DNA of 48,299 bases from an uncultured Candidatus Saccharibacteria bacterium (GCA_964618925.1 CAZUCZ010000002.1:1-48299); one strand, 5' to 3'. Positions 34,467 to 44,449 are shown, counted from the stretch's first letter. The notes: generated by a model from the sequence alone, not told the origin. Made by a program: numbers and translations.

Positions 34467-36908
34467 ATGCAGAGCAAAAACAGCCCAGCCAAAAATAAAG
34501 AAAAAACCCTCGTATTGCTTGATTCTCATGCGATTATTCACCGTGCGTACCATGCCTTACCAGAATTCATGTCTTCCGAAGGTATGCCGACTGGGGCTTT
34601 GTATGGGCTGTCGACCATGCTCATGAAGATTATCGCTGATTTAAAACCAGACTATATTGTCGCGTGTTATGACTTACCACAAAAAACATTTCGCCATGAA
34701 GCATATGATGCGTACAAAGCGGGGAGGAAAAAGACAGACGATGCGCTCGTCATGCAGCTTAAAAATTCTCGTTTGATTTTTGAAGCGTTTAACATACCCA
34801 TGTATGATGCACCTGGCTTTGAAGCAGACGATATTCTGGGTACGATTGTTGCTCAATATAAAAAAGATAAAAAGATAAAAATAATCATCGCTTCCGGGGA
34901 TATGGATACCATGCAACTGGTTGATGATAAAAAGGTTCAAGTATATACACTCAAAAAGGGGATCACTGACACTATTTTATACGATGAACAAAAAGTAGAA
35001 GAACGATTTAAATTTAAACCAAAATTTTTACCTGATTATAAGGGACTTCGTGGTGACCCTTCAGATAATATTATCGGCATCAAAGGTATCGGTGAGAAGA
35101 CCGCTGAGACACTTATCACTACATTTGGTACGATCGAAGACATTTATAAAAAAATAAAAAAGGATGAGAGTGCCTTTACAGCTGCAGGCATCAGTCCTCG
35201 AATGATAGAACTTTTGAAAAACAACGAAGAAGAGGCTCTCTTTTCAAAGACACTCGCAACTATCCGTACTGATGCACCGATTCATTTTACATTACCCGAG
35301 AAGACTTTCTGGGAAAGTGCGGACTTAAAAAAAATAGAGCAAATATTTATAAAATTCGAATTTCGAAGTTTGTTCTCAAGATTGAGAAATTTTTTTGGTG
35401 AGAAATCTGAGAAAGAAAGTTTTGGAGTTGGTCTGGCTGGGGAAGGGGACCCAGAGATCCGAGGACCCGAGAAAACTTTACTTTCTCAGGTTGACCCCTT
35501 GAAACTTAGAGAAGCGAGTATCGCCCTCTGGCTTATTAATTCAGAGATGCAAAATCCAACTCTTGAAGATATATTTATCTTTGCGAAGACGGAATCCTTT
35601 GAAACTGCCTATGAATACATTTTCAAAAAATTAAAAGAGAAAAAGCTAGATATAGTATATGAAGAGTTAGAAAAACCCATCATGCCGATCATTAAGGAAA
35701 TGGAAGACCACGGCATACTAATAGATAAAAAATATTTTGCAAAGCTATCTACGGAATACCACAAAGAATTAGATAAACTCACACTCAAAATCCACCAGAT
35801 GGCTGGTGTGGAATTCAATATAAATTCGCCAAAACAACTCGGTGAAGTTCTTTTTGAAAAAATGGAAATAAAAATGCCAAACAAAAAGCCAGTAAAGAAA
35901 AGCGCCAACGGTTCTTTTTCGACGAAAGTCTCCGTGCTCGAAGAGCTCGAAGAAGATAATCCGATCATAAAAGAAATACTTGCGTATCGAGAATTACAGA
36001 AACTCCTTTCTACGTATATAGATTTAATACCTCAAATGGCAGGAGATGATAATAGACTGCATGCAAAATTTTTACAGAATGGCTCTGCGACAGGGAGGTT
36101 TTCTTCACAAGATCCAAATTTGCAAAACTTACCCATCAAGACCGAGCTCGGCAGACGTATTCGTGATGGCTTTGTAGCTCAAAAAGGACACAAACTCACT
36201 GCGTTTGATTATAGTCAGATCGAGCTTCGAGTGGCAGCGATCTTATCTCAAGATGAAAAAATGATCAAGGTATTTAAAGATAGAAAAGACATTCATCGCG
36301 GTGTCGCGTCTTTTGTGTTTGGGGTGCCTTCAGATAAGGTTGATGCTGAGATGCGGCGTAAATCAAAAGTGATAAACTTCGGCATCATTTATGGTATGGG
36401 TGTTTCTTCATTGCGTAAGAATTTGGGTGGTACACGCGAAGAGGCACAAAAGTTTTATGACAATTATTTTAATCAGTTTTCGGGAGTGCGAGACTACCTC
36501 GAAGGAGTAAAGAAGTTTGCAGTCGAGCACTCTTATACAGAGACATTGTTTGGGCGACGTAGATATTTCCCAAATATTAATTCTCGCATTCCATTTTTAA
36601 AAAATATGGCAGAACGAACTGCTATCAATGCTCCAGTGCAGGGGACAGCAGCAGATATTATCAAGCTCGCGACACGCTATGCACACGAAGATCTCGAGAA
36701 AAAAGGTTTACTAGCTAAAGTTCATCTTGTGCTCCAGATACACGATGAGCTTGTGTATGAAATCGAAGAAAGTGTACTAGAACAAGCAAGCGAGATAATA
36801 AAATCTGCGATGGAGGGGGTTCTCGAACGATCATATCTGCACTATAAAACCGAGGTCCCCCTCGAAGTACACTTTGGTTCTGGTGACAATTTCGGAGAGG
36901 TAAAATAA
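34467..36908 (+). CDS. polA: DNA polymerase I
   Basis: 5'-nuclease domain (LLDSHAIIHRAYHA..), polymerase motif A DYSQIELR, motif B RRKSKVINFGIIYG, and motif C QIHDELV. Confidence 0.95.
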   Translation: MQSKNSPAKNKEKTLVLLDSHAIIHRAYHALPEFMSSEGMPTGALYGLSTMLMKIIADLKPDYIVACYDLPQKTFRHEAYDAYKAGRKKTDDALVMQLKNSRLIFEAFNIPMYDAPGFEADDILGTIVAQYKKDKKIKIIIASGDMDTMQLVDDKKVQVYTLKKGITDTILYDEQKVEERFKFKPKFLPDYKGLRGDPSDNIIGIKGIGEKTAETLITTFGTIEDIYKKIKKDESAFTAAGISPRMIELLKNNEEEALFSKTLATIRTDAPIHFTLPEKTFWESADLKKIEQIFIKFEFRSLFSRLRNFFGEKSEKESFGVGLAGEGDPEIRGPEKTLLSQVDPLKLREASIALWLINSEMQNPTLEDIFIFAKTESFETAYEYIFKKLKEKKLDIVYEELEKPIMPIIKEMEDHGILIDKKYFAKLSTEYHKELDKLTLKIHQMAGVEFNINSPKQLGEVLFEKMEIKMPNKKPVKKSANGSFSTKVSVLEELEEDNPIIKEILAYRELQKLLSTYIDLIPQMAGDDNRLHAKFLQNGSATGRFSSQDPNLQNLPIKTELGRRIRDGFVAQKGHKLTAFDYSQIELRVAAILSQDEKMIKVFKDRKDIHRGVASFVFGVPSDKVDAEMRRKSKVINFGIIYGMGVSSLRKNLGGTREEAQKFYDNYFNQFSGVRDYLEGVKKFAVEHSYTETLFGRRRYFPNINSRIPFLKNMAERTAINAPVQGTAADIIKLATRYAHEDLEKKGLLAKVHLVLQIHDELVYEIEESVLEQASEIIKSAMEGVLERSYLHYKTEVPLEVHFGSGDNFGEVK

Positions 36909-36916
36909 CGTATTTG

Positions 36917-36925
36917 TGTTATAGT
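36917..36925 (+). promoter_or_regulatory. Extended -10 (TGtTATAGT) 6 nt upstream of the ATG at 36932
   Basis: tgtgttatagtatatagATG. Confidence 0.4.
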
Positions 36926-36931
36926 ATATAG

Positions 36932-37402
36932 ATGGAAAAGGTAAATCAAAAACATCTCCGTAACCGCGTGCATCATGTTTTGGCACATTCATATATCGTG
37001 TATTTGATCTGGTTTTTTATCGGTGTGGCACTTGATCTAGTATTTCCTATAAGGATTTTCACTCATGCGATATTGCTTCCTATTGGTTTTGTGCTCTTGG
37101 TGCTTGCTTCATTATTGATACTTTGGGCACAAAAAACAGGACGAAATCTACGCAATGTAACCGAACTCAAAACAGAACATTTTCATCGTGGACCATATCG
37201 TTACACAAAGATTCCTACACAATATGGACTACTCTTACTCATGCTTGGGTTTGGGTTCGTAGCGAACGCATCTTTTGTGATTGTAACCACCATCATCTCT
37301 TTCTTTGTCGCACGGTTTGTCTTTATGGGTAAGCATGAAAAAATGCTCGAAGAAAAATATGGTGTCCTGTATAAAGAATACAAGAAATTAGTGAAGTTTT
37401 AA
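36932..37402 (+). CDS. Isoprenylcysteine carboxyl methyltransferase (ICMT)/PEMT-like membrane protein
   Basis: Four to five TM helices and an HRGPYRYTKIPTQYG motif resembling the GPYR..RHP.Y signature. Confidence 0.55.
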   Translation: MEKVNQKHLRNRVHHVLAHSYIVYLIWFFIGVALDLVFPIRIFTHAILLPIGFVLLVLASLLILWAQKTGRNLRNVTELKTEHFHRGPYRYTKIPTQYGLLLLMLGFGFVANASFVIVTTIISFFVARFVFMGKHEKMLEEKYGVLYKEYKKLVKF

Positions 37403-37414
37403 TCTACCCATCAT

Positions 37415-38062
37415 ATGTTATATATTTTTTCTGGTGATGATTCAAAGCGCAAACTCCTGGCGTATGAGAAGTTTCTAAAATCTATACCAAAAAATATCGA
37501 AAAATTTTCGATTAACCGAAACAATTTTAACTCTATCGACATAGAAAATTTTTATGCTGGTGGTGGTTTGTTTTCCAAAAAACATGCTATTTTGTTTTCT
37601 GACATCTTAGAGAAAGACGATATTCGTGAAAACCTTTTTAAGAAATTTGAAGGCATGGGCGCGTCAGAGAGCATGTTTATTTTCTTAGAACGTAAGCTCA
37701 ATAAATCAGTCTTGGATATGTTTAAAAAACATGAGGGTGAAGTCAATGTGTTTGAGCTTCCGAAAGAAAAAAAAGAAAAGTTTAATAATTTTCTTCTTGC
37801 GAATGCATTTGGAGAAAAAGACAAACTACACCTCTGGATTTATTATCGCCAAGCAGTAGAGTGTGGAGTCGGACTCGAAGAACTCGTCGGGGTGTTGTTC
37901 TGGAAGATGAAAGATCTGCTTATAAAAAATAATTTTAGGAAATTCTCACCAGAGCAGTTAAAAAACCTTGTCGCACAGATGCCGTACCTTTTACCTGAGG
38001 CACGCAAGAAAGGCATGGATGCGGAGATTGCGTTCGAGAAATTTTTACTCGAGATTTTTTAA
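37415..38062 (+). CDS. holA: DNA polymerase III delta subunit-like protein (short)
   Basis: MLYIFSGDD N-terminus, plus NNFLLANAFGEKDKLHLWIYYRQ resembling the holA domain III pattern. At 215 aa it is much shorter than canonical. Confidence 0.45.
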   Translation: MLYIFSGDDSKRKLLAYEKFLKSIPKNIEKFSINRNNFNSIDIENFYAGGGLFSKKHAILFSDILEKDDIRENLFKKFEGMGASESMFIFLERKLNKSVLDMFKKHEGEVNVFELPKEKKEKFNNFLLANAFGEKDKLHLWIYYRQAVECGVGLEELVGVLFWKMKDLLIKNNFRKFSPEQLKNLVAQMPYLLPEARKKGMDAEIAFEKFLLEIF

Positions 38063-38368
38063 TCAGAAAGAATTATTTGGTAGTAAGTCTTTATATTTTT
38101 CATAGTCATCTTCTCCAATGCGATTTTTTATAAAATACTTTACAAAATCTTCCATTGCGTCCTTATCCCAATCTTTTACGTCGTTGTCACCATTATTATA
38201 ATTTTTCATTTTTTCTAGTTGCTTGATAGCTGTTTCGTTTATCTTGTGTAAAAGAAATTTCTTGCCTTCCAAGTCAGCTTTCATCCAGTTTTTTTGGAAA
38301 ACTTCGTGTTTTATTTTTTCGAGCTCTTCGGCTGTGGGGACATATACTCCTTTTCCTATTTCTTCCAT
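38063..38368 (-). CDS. Hypothetical protein (101 aa)
   Basis: Clean ORF with an extended -10 box 7 nt upstream. No domain recognised. Confidence 0.5.
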   Translation of the reverse strand: MEEIGKGVYVPTAEELEKIKHEVFQKNWMKADLEGKKFLLHKINETAIKQLEKMKNYNNGDNDVKDWDKDAMEDFVKYFIKNRIGEDDYEKYKDLLPNNSF

Positions 38369-38375
38369 AGTTACA

Positions 38376-38384
38376 ATTATATCA
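38376..38384 (-). promoter_or_regulatory. Extended -10 (TGaTATAAT, minus strand) 7 nt upstream of the ATG at 38368
   Basis: The minus strand reads gtgatataattgtaactATG. Confidence 0.4.
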
Positions 38385-38392
38385 CTTAACAG

Positions 38393-38428
38393 AAACGAAA
38401 AAATCTCCGCAGGGAGATTGTTTCGTTT
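38393..38428 (-). terminator. Long hairpin just downstream of tRNA-Lys (possible terminator or processing signal)
   Basis: aaacgaaaaaatctcc / ggagattgtttcgttt, a 16-position stem with 1 mismatch. There is no separate U-tract beyond the stem. Confidence 0.4.
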
Positions 38429-38431
38429 CTG

Positions 38432-38504
38432 TGCGCCCAGTAGGGATCGAACCTACGACCTTATCCTTAAAAGGGATCTGCTCTACCAGCTGAGCTATAG
38501 GCGC
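38432..38504 (-). tRNA. tRNA-Lys (anticodon UUU)
   Basis: Hand-folded cloverleaf: acceptor stem gcgccta/tgggcgc, D arm gctc-agctggta-gagc, anticodon loop cuUUUaa, T arm gtagg-ttcgatc-cctac, discriminator A. No CCA is encoded. Confidence 0.9.
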
Positions 38505-38563
38505 ATGCAATATGTAGTAACTAGTCAAATATATATTAAAAAGTCATAAAAATCAACAAAATA

Positions 38564-38572
38564 TGTTAAAAT
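38564..38572 (+). promoter_or_regulatory. Extended -10 (TGtTAAAAT) 6 nt upstream of the ATG at 38579
   Basis: atatgttaaaatttatatATG. Confidence 0.4.
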
Positions 38573-38578
38573 TTATAT

Positions 38579-39073
38579 ATGCATAGAATAAACCTTACAT
38601 TAGTCTTTTTCTTAATATTCACCGTGGTTACCTCTGGACTTGCATATACAATAGTCATGAGTGCGTATGATAGCTATGGGGACATATATATTGTCGAACA
38701 ATCCCATACGAAGACACTCAAACCAACGCACGTGGATTTGATTACTATTTCATTTCCTCAGAAAAATACAGTGGTCATGAGTCCGCTTGTGATAAAAGGC
38801 AAAGCACGAGGGAATTGGTACTTCGAAGCCTCTTTTCCTGTGAGGTTGTTTGACGGTGATGGTAAAGAAATAGCCCTGACACCTGCTCATGCCAAGGGTG
38901 ACCCCGCAAGTAATGACGGGGCAAGCTGGATGACCACACAGTTTGTGCCTTTCGAAGCAACCCTTACATTTGTAAAACCAAATACTCCTAATGGTACACT
39001 TGTGTTAATCAAAGATAATCCATCCGGAGATCCTGCTAAAGATGATAGTATTTCTATACCTGTACGATTCTAG
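38579..39073 (+). CDS. Gmad2-type immunoglobulin-like domain protein, membrane anchored
   Basis: N-terminal TM segment. The sequence SPLVIKGKARGNWYFEASFPVRLFDGDGKEIA...FVPFEATLTF matches the Gmad2 Ig-like domain pattern. Confidence 0.65.
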   Translation: MHRINLTLVFFLIFTVVTSGLAYTIVMSAYDSYGDIYIVEQSHTKTLKPTHVDLITISFPQKNTVVMSPLVIKGKARGNWYFEASFPVRLFDGDGKEIALTPAHAKGDPASNDGASWMTTQFVPFEATLTFVKPNTPNGTLVLIKDNPSGDPAKDDSISIPVRF

Positions 39074-39120
39074 TAGAATATATCATTTGTTTATGTTACA
39101 TTTCTATATACTAAAAAAGT

Positions 39121-41238
39121 ATGAGTAAAAATATTTTCAAACTAAAGAAAGATTGGGAGCCTGCTGGGGATCAGCCCGAAGCCATTATACAGCTCGTAAA
39201 AGGGCTTGATGGCAATATGCACGCCCAGACATTACTCGGTGCCACAGGTACAGGGAAGACTTTTACCATGGCAAACGTTATTGCAAAGCACGACAAGCCG
39301 ACACTTGTGATCGCTCACAATAAAACCTTAGCCGCTCAACTTGCTCAAGAATTTAAACAATTTTTCCCAGATGCTGCAGTGCATTATTTCGTCTCATACT
39401 ATGACTACTATCAACCAGAGGCATATATGCCTGCATCAGATACATACATAGAAAAAGACGCCTCAATAAACAAAGAAATAGATAGACTTCGCCATGCGAG
39501 TACCCAAGCACTGCTTACCCGAAAAGATGTTATCATTGTCGCGTCAGTTTCTTGTATATATGGTCTTGGTTCTCCAGAAGAATACGAAAAGACAAATCTC
39601 AAGCTCGAGCTCGGTCAAAAATTAGATCGTATGACATTAATGAAAAAACTCATTTCTATCCATTTTGAACGAACCAATGCTGACCTTACTCCAGGGACAT
39701 TTCGTTCTATTGGTGCACGAGTCGAGTTTATGCCAGTATCAGAAACCATCATGTATCAAGTGGAATTTTCAGGAACACAGATCTCAACCATCACAAAGAT
39801 CGACCCGATCTCTTCACAGATAATCAGTGAAGAAAAAAACATTTTTATCTTTCCAGCCAAGCACTTCATTACCGAAGATTCTAAAAGGAAGAAAGCCATC
39901 GTAGATATAAAAAAAGAACTCGAAACGCAATTAAAGAAATTTAAAAAAGAAGGAAAGTTACTGGAGGCAGAGCGGATCAAAAGACGTACAAATTATGACC
40001 TGGCGATGATCAAGGAAGTCGGCTATTGTAATGGCATCGAAAATTATTCAAGGCACCTATCAGGCAAGAGTGAAGGAGAACCACCAGAAACCTTGCTATC
40101 TTATTTCCCTCACACCAAAGAAGGCAAGCCGGACTTCCTTACCATTATCGATGAATCTCATGTCACTCTACCGCAACTCCAAGGTATGTATGCTGGTGAT
40201 GCGTCTCGTAAAAATACTCTTGTGGAATATGGTTTTCGTCTGCCTTCAGCAAAAGACAACAGACCACTAAAATACGATGAATTTAAAGAACGCATCGGTC
40301 AGGTGATATACACGAGTGCAACACCGAGCGAACGAGAGCGAGAACAAAGCGAGCAAATCGTTGAGCAGATTATTCGTCCGACAGGTCTCATCGACCCAGA
40401 GACGATCGTTCGACCAGTGACTCCAAAAGGTGCATATAAAGGTCAGATATCAGATTTTATCGAAGAGACAGAAAAAACTATCAAGAAAGGTTTTAGAGTT
40501 TTAGCCACAACGCTGACAAAAAAAATGGCTGAAGATCTATCAGCGTACTTAAAAGACAAAAAAATAAAAGCAGAATATTTACATAGTGATATTAAAACCA
40601 TCGAAAGAATAAAGATTTTAACTCAATTCCGAAAAGGGGAATACGATGTGCTCGTCGGGGTGAACCTTCTTCGTGAAGGATTGGACCTGCCTGAGGTAGC
40701 GCTGATCGGGATACTCGATGCTGATAAAGCCGGCTTCCTTCGTTCAGAGACGTCACTGATCCAGACGATAGGTCGTGCCGCACGTAACAGCGAGGGCAAG
40801 GTTATTCTATATGCTGACATCATGACCGATGCAATGGCTTATGCACTCAAAGAGACAAAGCGTCGTCGCGAGGTCCAGCTTGCATATAATAAAAAACATG
40901 GCATTACTCCAAAAACAATCTTGAAGAATATTAAAGACATCACCGAAGAACTCGAGAGTGAGCACGGCAAGACCGTGAATGCCGAGCTTCTCCTTGATGT
41001 CGAACTTTTCAAAAAGGCATTTGCGAAAGATAAAAGCAATAAAGGAAAAAATGAATCTGATTCGATAAAGAATATGCTCATGTCCGACGAAGAGAGAGAA
41101 GGACTTGTGTATGAAAAAATAATAAAACTCAAAGAAAAAGAAATGAATAAAGCAGTCAAGGAACTAGACTTTGAAACTGCAGCTATATTACGAGATGAGA
41201 TTGGAGTTTTGCGAACTCGCCTGGAGAATAAATACTAA
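39121..41238 (+). CDS. uvrB: Excinuclease ABC subunit B
   Basis: GATGTGKTF Walker A, DESH box (IIDESHVT), and a C-terminal UVR domain (FETAAILRDEI). Confidence 0.95.
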   Translation: MSKNIFKLKKDWEPAGDQPEAIIQLVKGLDGNMHAQTLLGATGTGKTFTMANVIAKHDKPTLVIAHNKTLAAQLAQEFKQFFPDAAVHYFVSYYDYYQPEAYMPASDTYIEKDASINKEIDRLRHASTQALLTRKDVIIVASVSCIYGLGSPEEYEKTNLKLELGQKLDRMTLMKKLISIHFERTNADLTPGTFRSIGARVEFMPVSETIMYQVEFSGTQISTITKIDPISSQIISEEKNIFIFPAKHFITEDSKRKKAIVDIKKELETQLKKFKKEGKLLEAERIKRRTNYDLAMIKEVGYCNGIENYSRHLSGKSEGEPPETLLSYFPHTKEGKPDFLTIIDESHVTLPQLQGMYAGDASRKNTLVEYGFRLPSAKDNRPLKYDEFKERIGQVIYTSATPSEREREQSEQIVEQIIRPTGLIDPETIVRPVTPKGAYKGQISDFIEETEKTIKKGFRVLATTLTKKMAEDLSAYLKDKKIKAEYLHSDIKTIERIKILTQFRKGEYDVLVGVNLLREGLDLPEVALIGILDADKAGFLRSETSLIQTIGRAARNSEGKVILYADIMTDAMAYALKETKRRREVQLAYNKKHGITPKTILKNIKDITEELESEHGKTVNAELLLDVELFKKAFAKDKSNKGKNESDSIKNMLMSDEEREGLVYEKIIKLKEKEMNKAVKELDFETAAILRDEIGVLRTRLENKY

Positions 41239-41261
41239 CATAGTAGAATTAACTATTAAAT

Positions 41262-41537
41262 ATGAATAAAAAAGAATATAAAGTAGATGAGGGTAAGGTA
41301 ATTGATACGTATGATGCAGTGGATAACTTAGTTATTTCAGAATACTATGATTTAGATGATAATCTAATCTCTAAAACTCAATATTTATATGATAAAAATA
41401 ATAATAACATAGAGCGAATCATTACAGACAAAGATGGTAAACAGATATGGAGACTTGAGTTTGGTTTTAATGAAAAAGGAGAAGTTATTTCTACTACGGA
41501 ATTTGATTCTACAGATAAAATTATATTTAAATATTAA
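41262..41537 (+). CDS. Small hypothetical protein with YD-repeat-like motifs
   Basis: 91 aa with [37 protein letters not shown]. It is visibly more AT-rich than the flanking uvrB and uvrA. Confidence 0.5.
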   Translation: MNKKEYKVDEGKVIDTYDAVDNLVISEYYDLDDNLISKTQYLYDKNNNNIERIITDKDGKQIWRLEFGFNEKGEVISTTEFDSTDKIIFKY

Positions 41538-41573
41538 TTTTTAAGCTCCCCATCATGACTTTTATGTATATTG

Positions 41574-41582
41574 TGCTATAAT
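41574..41582 (+). promoter_or_regulatory. Extended -10 (TGcTATAAT) about 70 nt upstream of uvrA
   Basis: attgtgctataatac. The leader contains the hairpin acaccc...gggtgt. Confidence 0.4.
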
Positions 41583-41653
41583 ACAACCATAAATATTGAT
41601 ACACACCCCCTAAGAACAAGGACGGGTGTAGTTGTGTTGTAGTATAAAAATAT

Positions 41654-44263
41654 ATGAAAACAGAGAAAAACATAGATAAAATAAGGGTAAAGGGGGCACG
41701 AACCCACAACTTGAAGAATATCAGTGTAGAAATACCACGAAACAAAATGGTGGTTATTACTGGTGTGTCCGGCTCAGGTAAGTCTTCACTGGCTTTCGAT
41801 ACGATATTTGCCGAAGGGCAGAGGAGATATGTGGAGTCTTTGTCTTCTTATGCAAGGCAGTTTTTAAACCAAATGCCAAAGCCAGATGTGGATGAGATAA
41901 CTGGGCTTTCACCAGCTATATCTATTGATCAAAAGTCGAGATCAAACAATCCTCGTTCAACCGTGGCGACCATTACGGAGATCTACGACTATCTTCGGGT
42001 AATGTATGCCCGTATCGGGCACCCACATTGTCCAAAGTGTGGTGAAGAGATAAAGAAGTTATCGAACGAAGAAATATTAAATTTTATTTTAGAGAAAATT
42101 CAGATTCTTGAAAAGAGTACAAAAAATAAAAAGTCTGTTATGGGCGTGGAGTGGAATCAGACCGAGATCAGTATTTTTTCTCCAGTGGTTCGCGGACGTA
42201 AGGGTGAATATTATCAGATGTTGTACGATTTACTCGGTAAAGGTTTTTCTGAGATTAGACTGGATGGAGAAATAAAAAAATTACGAGAAAAGATTACTCT
42301 CTCCAAAAACAAGGCACACAATATCGATATCTTAGTAGATAAATTTTTAGTGCATGAATTTAAATATAGCAAGGAGGCAAGTCGTATGCGTCTCGCTGAA
42401 GCTCTCGAGCGTGCACTCCTCGAATCCGATGGACTTGTAGCTATCAAGATAGCAGGTGAGAATACTAGCGAAGAATTTATTATGTCTGCAAAATTTGCTT
42501 GTAAGAATGATGGATTTTCTTTCCCCGAAGTCGAGCCTCGACTTTTCTCATTTAATTCACCATATGGTGCGTGTCCTACATGTAATGGACTTGGATCTAA
42601 ATATTTTATGGGCGATGAAGTCTGTGATGATTGTAAAGGTGCTAGACTTCGCCCTGAGGCACTCAATGTTTTCCTCGAAGACAAAAAAATGAAAGTGAAT
42701 ATACTAGACCTAGCATCACTCTCTATACAAGACGCGCATACATTTTTCAAAAATTTAAAACTTTCTGAACAAGAGCGTGAAATATCTGTTCCAGTAGTAC
42801 GAGAGATAGAAGCACGTTTGCAATTCATGCTTGATGTGGGACTTGATTATTTACAGCTCTCTCGTAAAGCAAACACCCTCTCCGGAGGTGAGGCGCAACG
42901 TATTCGTTTGGCTTCACAACTAGGCTCACGACTCGTCGGCGCTATGTATGTGCTCGATGAGCCGACGATAGGTCTCCATCAGAGAGATAACGATAGGCTT
43001 ATAAAAACCTTACAAAATCTACGTAATTTGGGGAATACGATTTTGATCGTGGAGCACGATGAAGATACTATTTATGCATCGGATTATATCGTTGATATCG
43101 GACCAAAAGCAGGCGTGCACGGAGGAGAGGTCATCGTCTCTGGTGATTTAGATGAATTATTAACTGCAAAGAAAAACAGTAGCGGTTCTCGTACTCTTGG
43201 ATATTTGCGTGGCGATATAAAAATAGAAGTTCCTGAAAAGCGTAGAAAGTCTCACGGCACTATCAAGATAGTCGGAGGAAAAGTTTTCAATATAAAAAAT
43301 ATGAATGTCGAAGTGCCGCTCGGTGTCATGACTTCGATTACTGGAGTTTCTGGCTCAGGTAAGAGTTCTTTTATGTATGAAATTTTATACAAAAACCTTC
43401 AAGGGCGCCTCGAGAGAAAATATCGCACTGCCAAACTTTATAACTGTGCGTCTTTTTCAGGAACAGAATATCTTTCTCGTGTTATTTTGATCGATCAGTC
43501 ACCGATAGGGCGTACTCCGCGTTCAAACCTCGCTACTTACACAGGAGCATTTACACATATCCGAGATCTATTTGCGACGACTGATGAAGCCCGACTTCGT
43601 GGTTGGAAATCAAACCGTTTTTCTTTTAACGTCAAAGGCGGACGTTGTGAAGCCTGCGAGGGGAATGGAGAGATAGCTGTCGAGATGCATTTCTTGCCGA
43701 CAGTGTATGTGACATGCGATGTGTGCTTAGGGAAAAGATTTGATAAAGAAACTCTCACCGTAAAATACAAAAAGAAAAATATCTACGACGTGCTTCATAT
43801 GACCGTAGAAGAGGGGCTAACTTTCTTCAAAGATATTCCAGCTGTGTCAGATAGATTGCAGACTCTTATGGACGTAGGGCTTGGATACTTAGAGCTTGGA
43901 CAGAGTGCGACGACTCTATCCGGAGGTGAAGCACAGCGTGTAAAGATTTCTAGTGAGTTGTATCGTCCACATACAGAAAAGACGATATATCTCCTCGATG
44001 AGCCGACCGTAGGCTTGCATTATGATGATGTACAAAAACTCCTCGAAGTCTTAAATAAGCTTGTTTCTAAAGGGAATACTGTAGTTTTGATCGAACACAA
44101 CCTCGACATAGTGAAGAGTTCGGATCATATTATAGACATAGGTCCTGAAGGGGGAGTGAACGGTGGAACCTTGGTTGCAAAAGGTACCCCAGAAGAAGTG
44201 TCCAACAACAGCAAAAGTTACACGGGGTATTACTTAAAAAAGATGTTAAAAAGAAATAGGTAA
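41654..44263 (+). CDS. uvrA: Excinuclease ABC subunit A
   Basis: Two ABC ATPase modules ([14 protein letters not shown] and [13 protein letters not shown]), LSGGEAQR signatures, and zinc-finger CxxC pairs. Confidence 0.95.
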   Translation: MKTEKNIDKIRVKGARTHNLKNISVEIPRNKMVVITGVSGSGKSSLAFDTIFAEGQRRYVESLSSYARQFLNQMPKPDVDEITGLSPAISIDQKSRSNNPRSTVATITEIYDYLRVMYARIGHPHCPKCGEEIKKLSNEEILNFILEKIQILEKSTKNKKSVMGVEWNQTEISIFSPVVRGRKGEYYQMLYDLLGKGFSEIRLDGEIKKLREKITLSKNKAHNIDILVDKFLVHEFKYSKEASRMRLAEALERALLESDGLVAIKIAGENTSEEFIMSAKFACKNDGFSFPEVEPRLFSFNSPYGACPTCNGLGSKYFMGDEVCDDCKGARLRPEALNVFLEDKKMKVNILDLASLSIQDAHTFFKNLKLSEQEREISVPVVREIEARLQFMLDVGLDYLQLSRKANTLSGGEAQRIRLASQLGSRLVGAMYVLDEPTIGLHQRDNDRLIKTLQNLRNLGNTILIVEHDEDTIYASDYIVDIGPKAGVHGGEVIVSGDLDELLTAKKNSSGSRTLGYLRGDIKIEVPEKRRKSHGTIKIVGGKVFNIKNMNVEVPLGVMTSITGVSGSGKSSFMYEILYKNLQGRLERKYRTAKLYNCASFSGTEYLSRVILIDQSPIGRTPRSNLATYTGAFTHIRDLFATTDEARLRGWKSNRFSFNVKGGRCEACEGNGEIAVEMHFLPTVYVTCDVCLGKRFDKETLTVKYKKKNIYDVLHMTVEEGLTFFKDIPAVSDRLQTLMDVGLGYLELGQSATTLSGGEAQRVKISSELYRPHTEKTIYLLDEPTVGLHYDDVQKLLEVLNKLVSKGNTVVLIEHNLDIVKSSDHIIDIGPEGGVNGGTLVAKGTPEEVSNNSKSYTGYYLKKMLKRNR

Positions 44264-44268
44264 GCTTG

Positions 44269-44297
44269 CCCCGTAGTGAGCTTGCTCTACTATGGGG
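44269..44297 (+). terminator. Hairpin after uvrA that shares the CTTGCCCCGTAGT motif of repeat family B
   Basis: ccccgtagtgag-cttg-ctctactatgggg followed by tattt. Confidence 0.5.
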
Positions 44298-44340
44298 TAT
44301 TTAAAGAAAATGTTAAGAAAGTAATAAAAATTTAAAAATA

Positions 44341-44425
44341 AAACTTTTAGCCGGTACGGATTTTTTGAAGCTTAAAAATTTCTGAAGTTGGCTCGTCGTC
44401 ACTCGCCAAACCCCTTTAAAAGTTT
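44341..44425 (+). repeat. 85-bp structured intergenic repeat, family A, copy 2
   Basis: Differs from copy 3 at only 3 positions. It ends 24 nt before the uvrC ATG. Confidence 0.8.
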
Positions 44426-44449
44426 ATTTTTAAATTTTAAAAAGTATAC

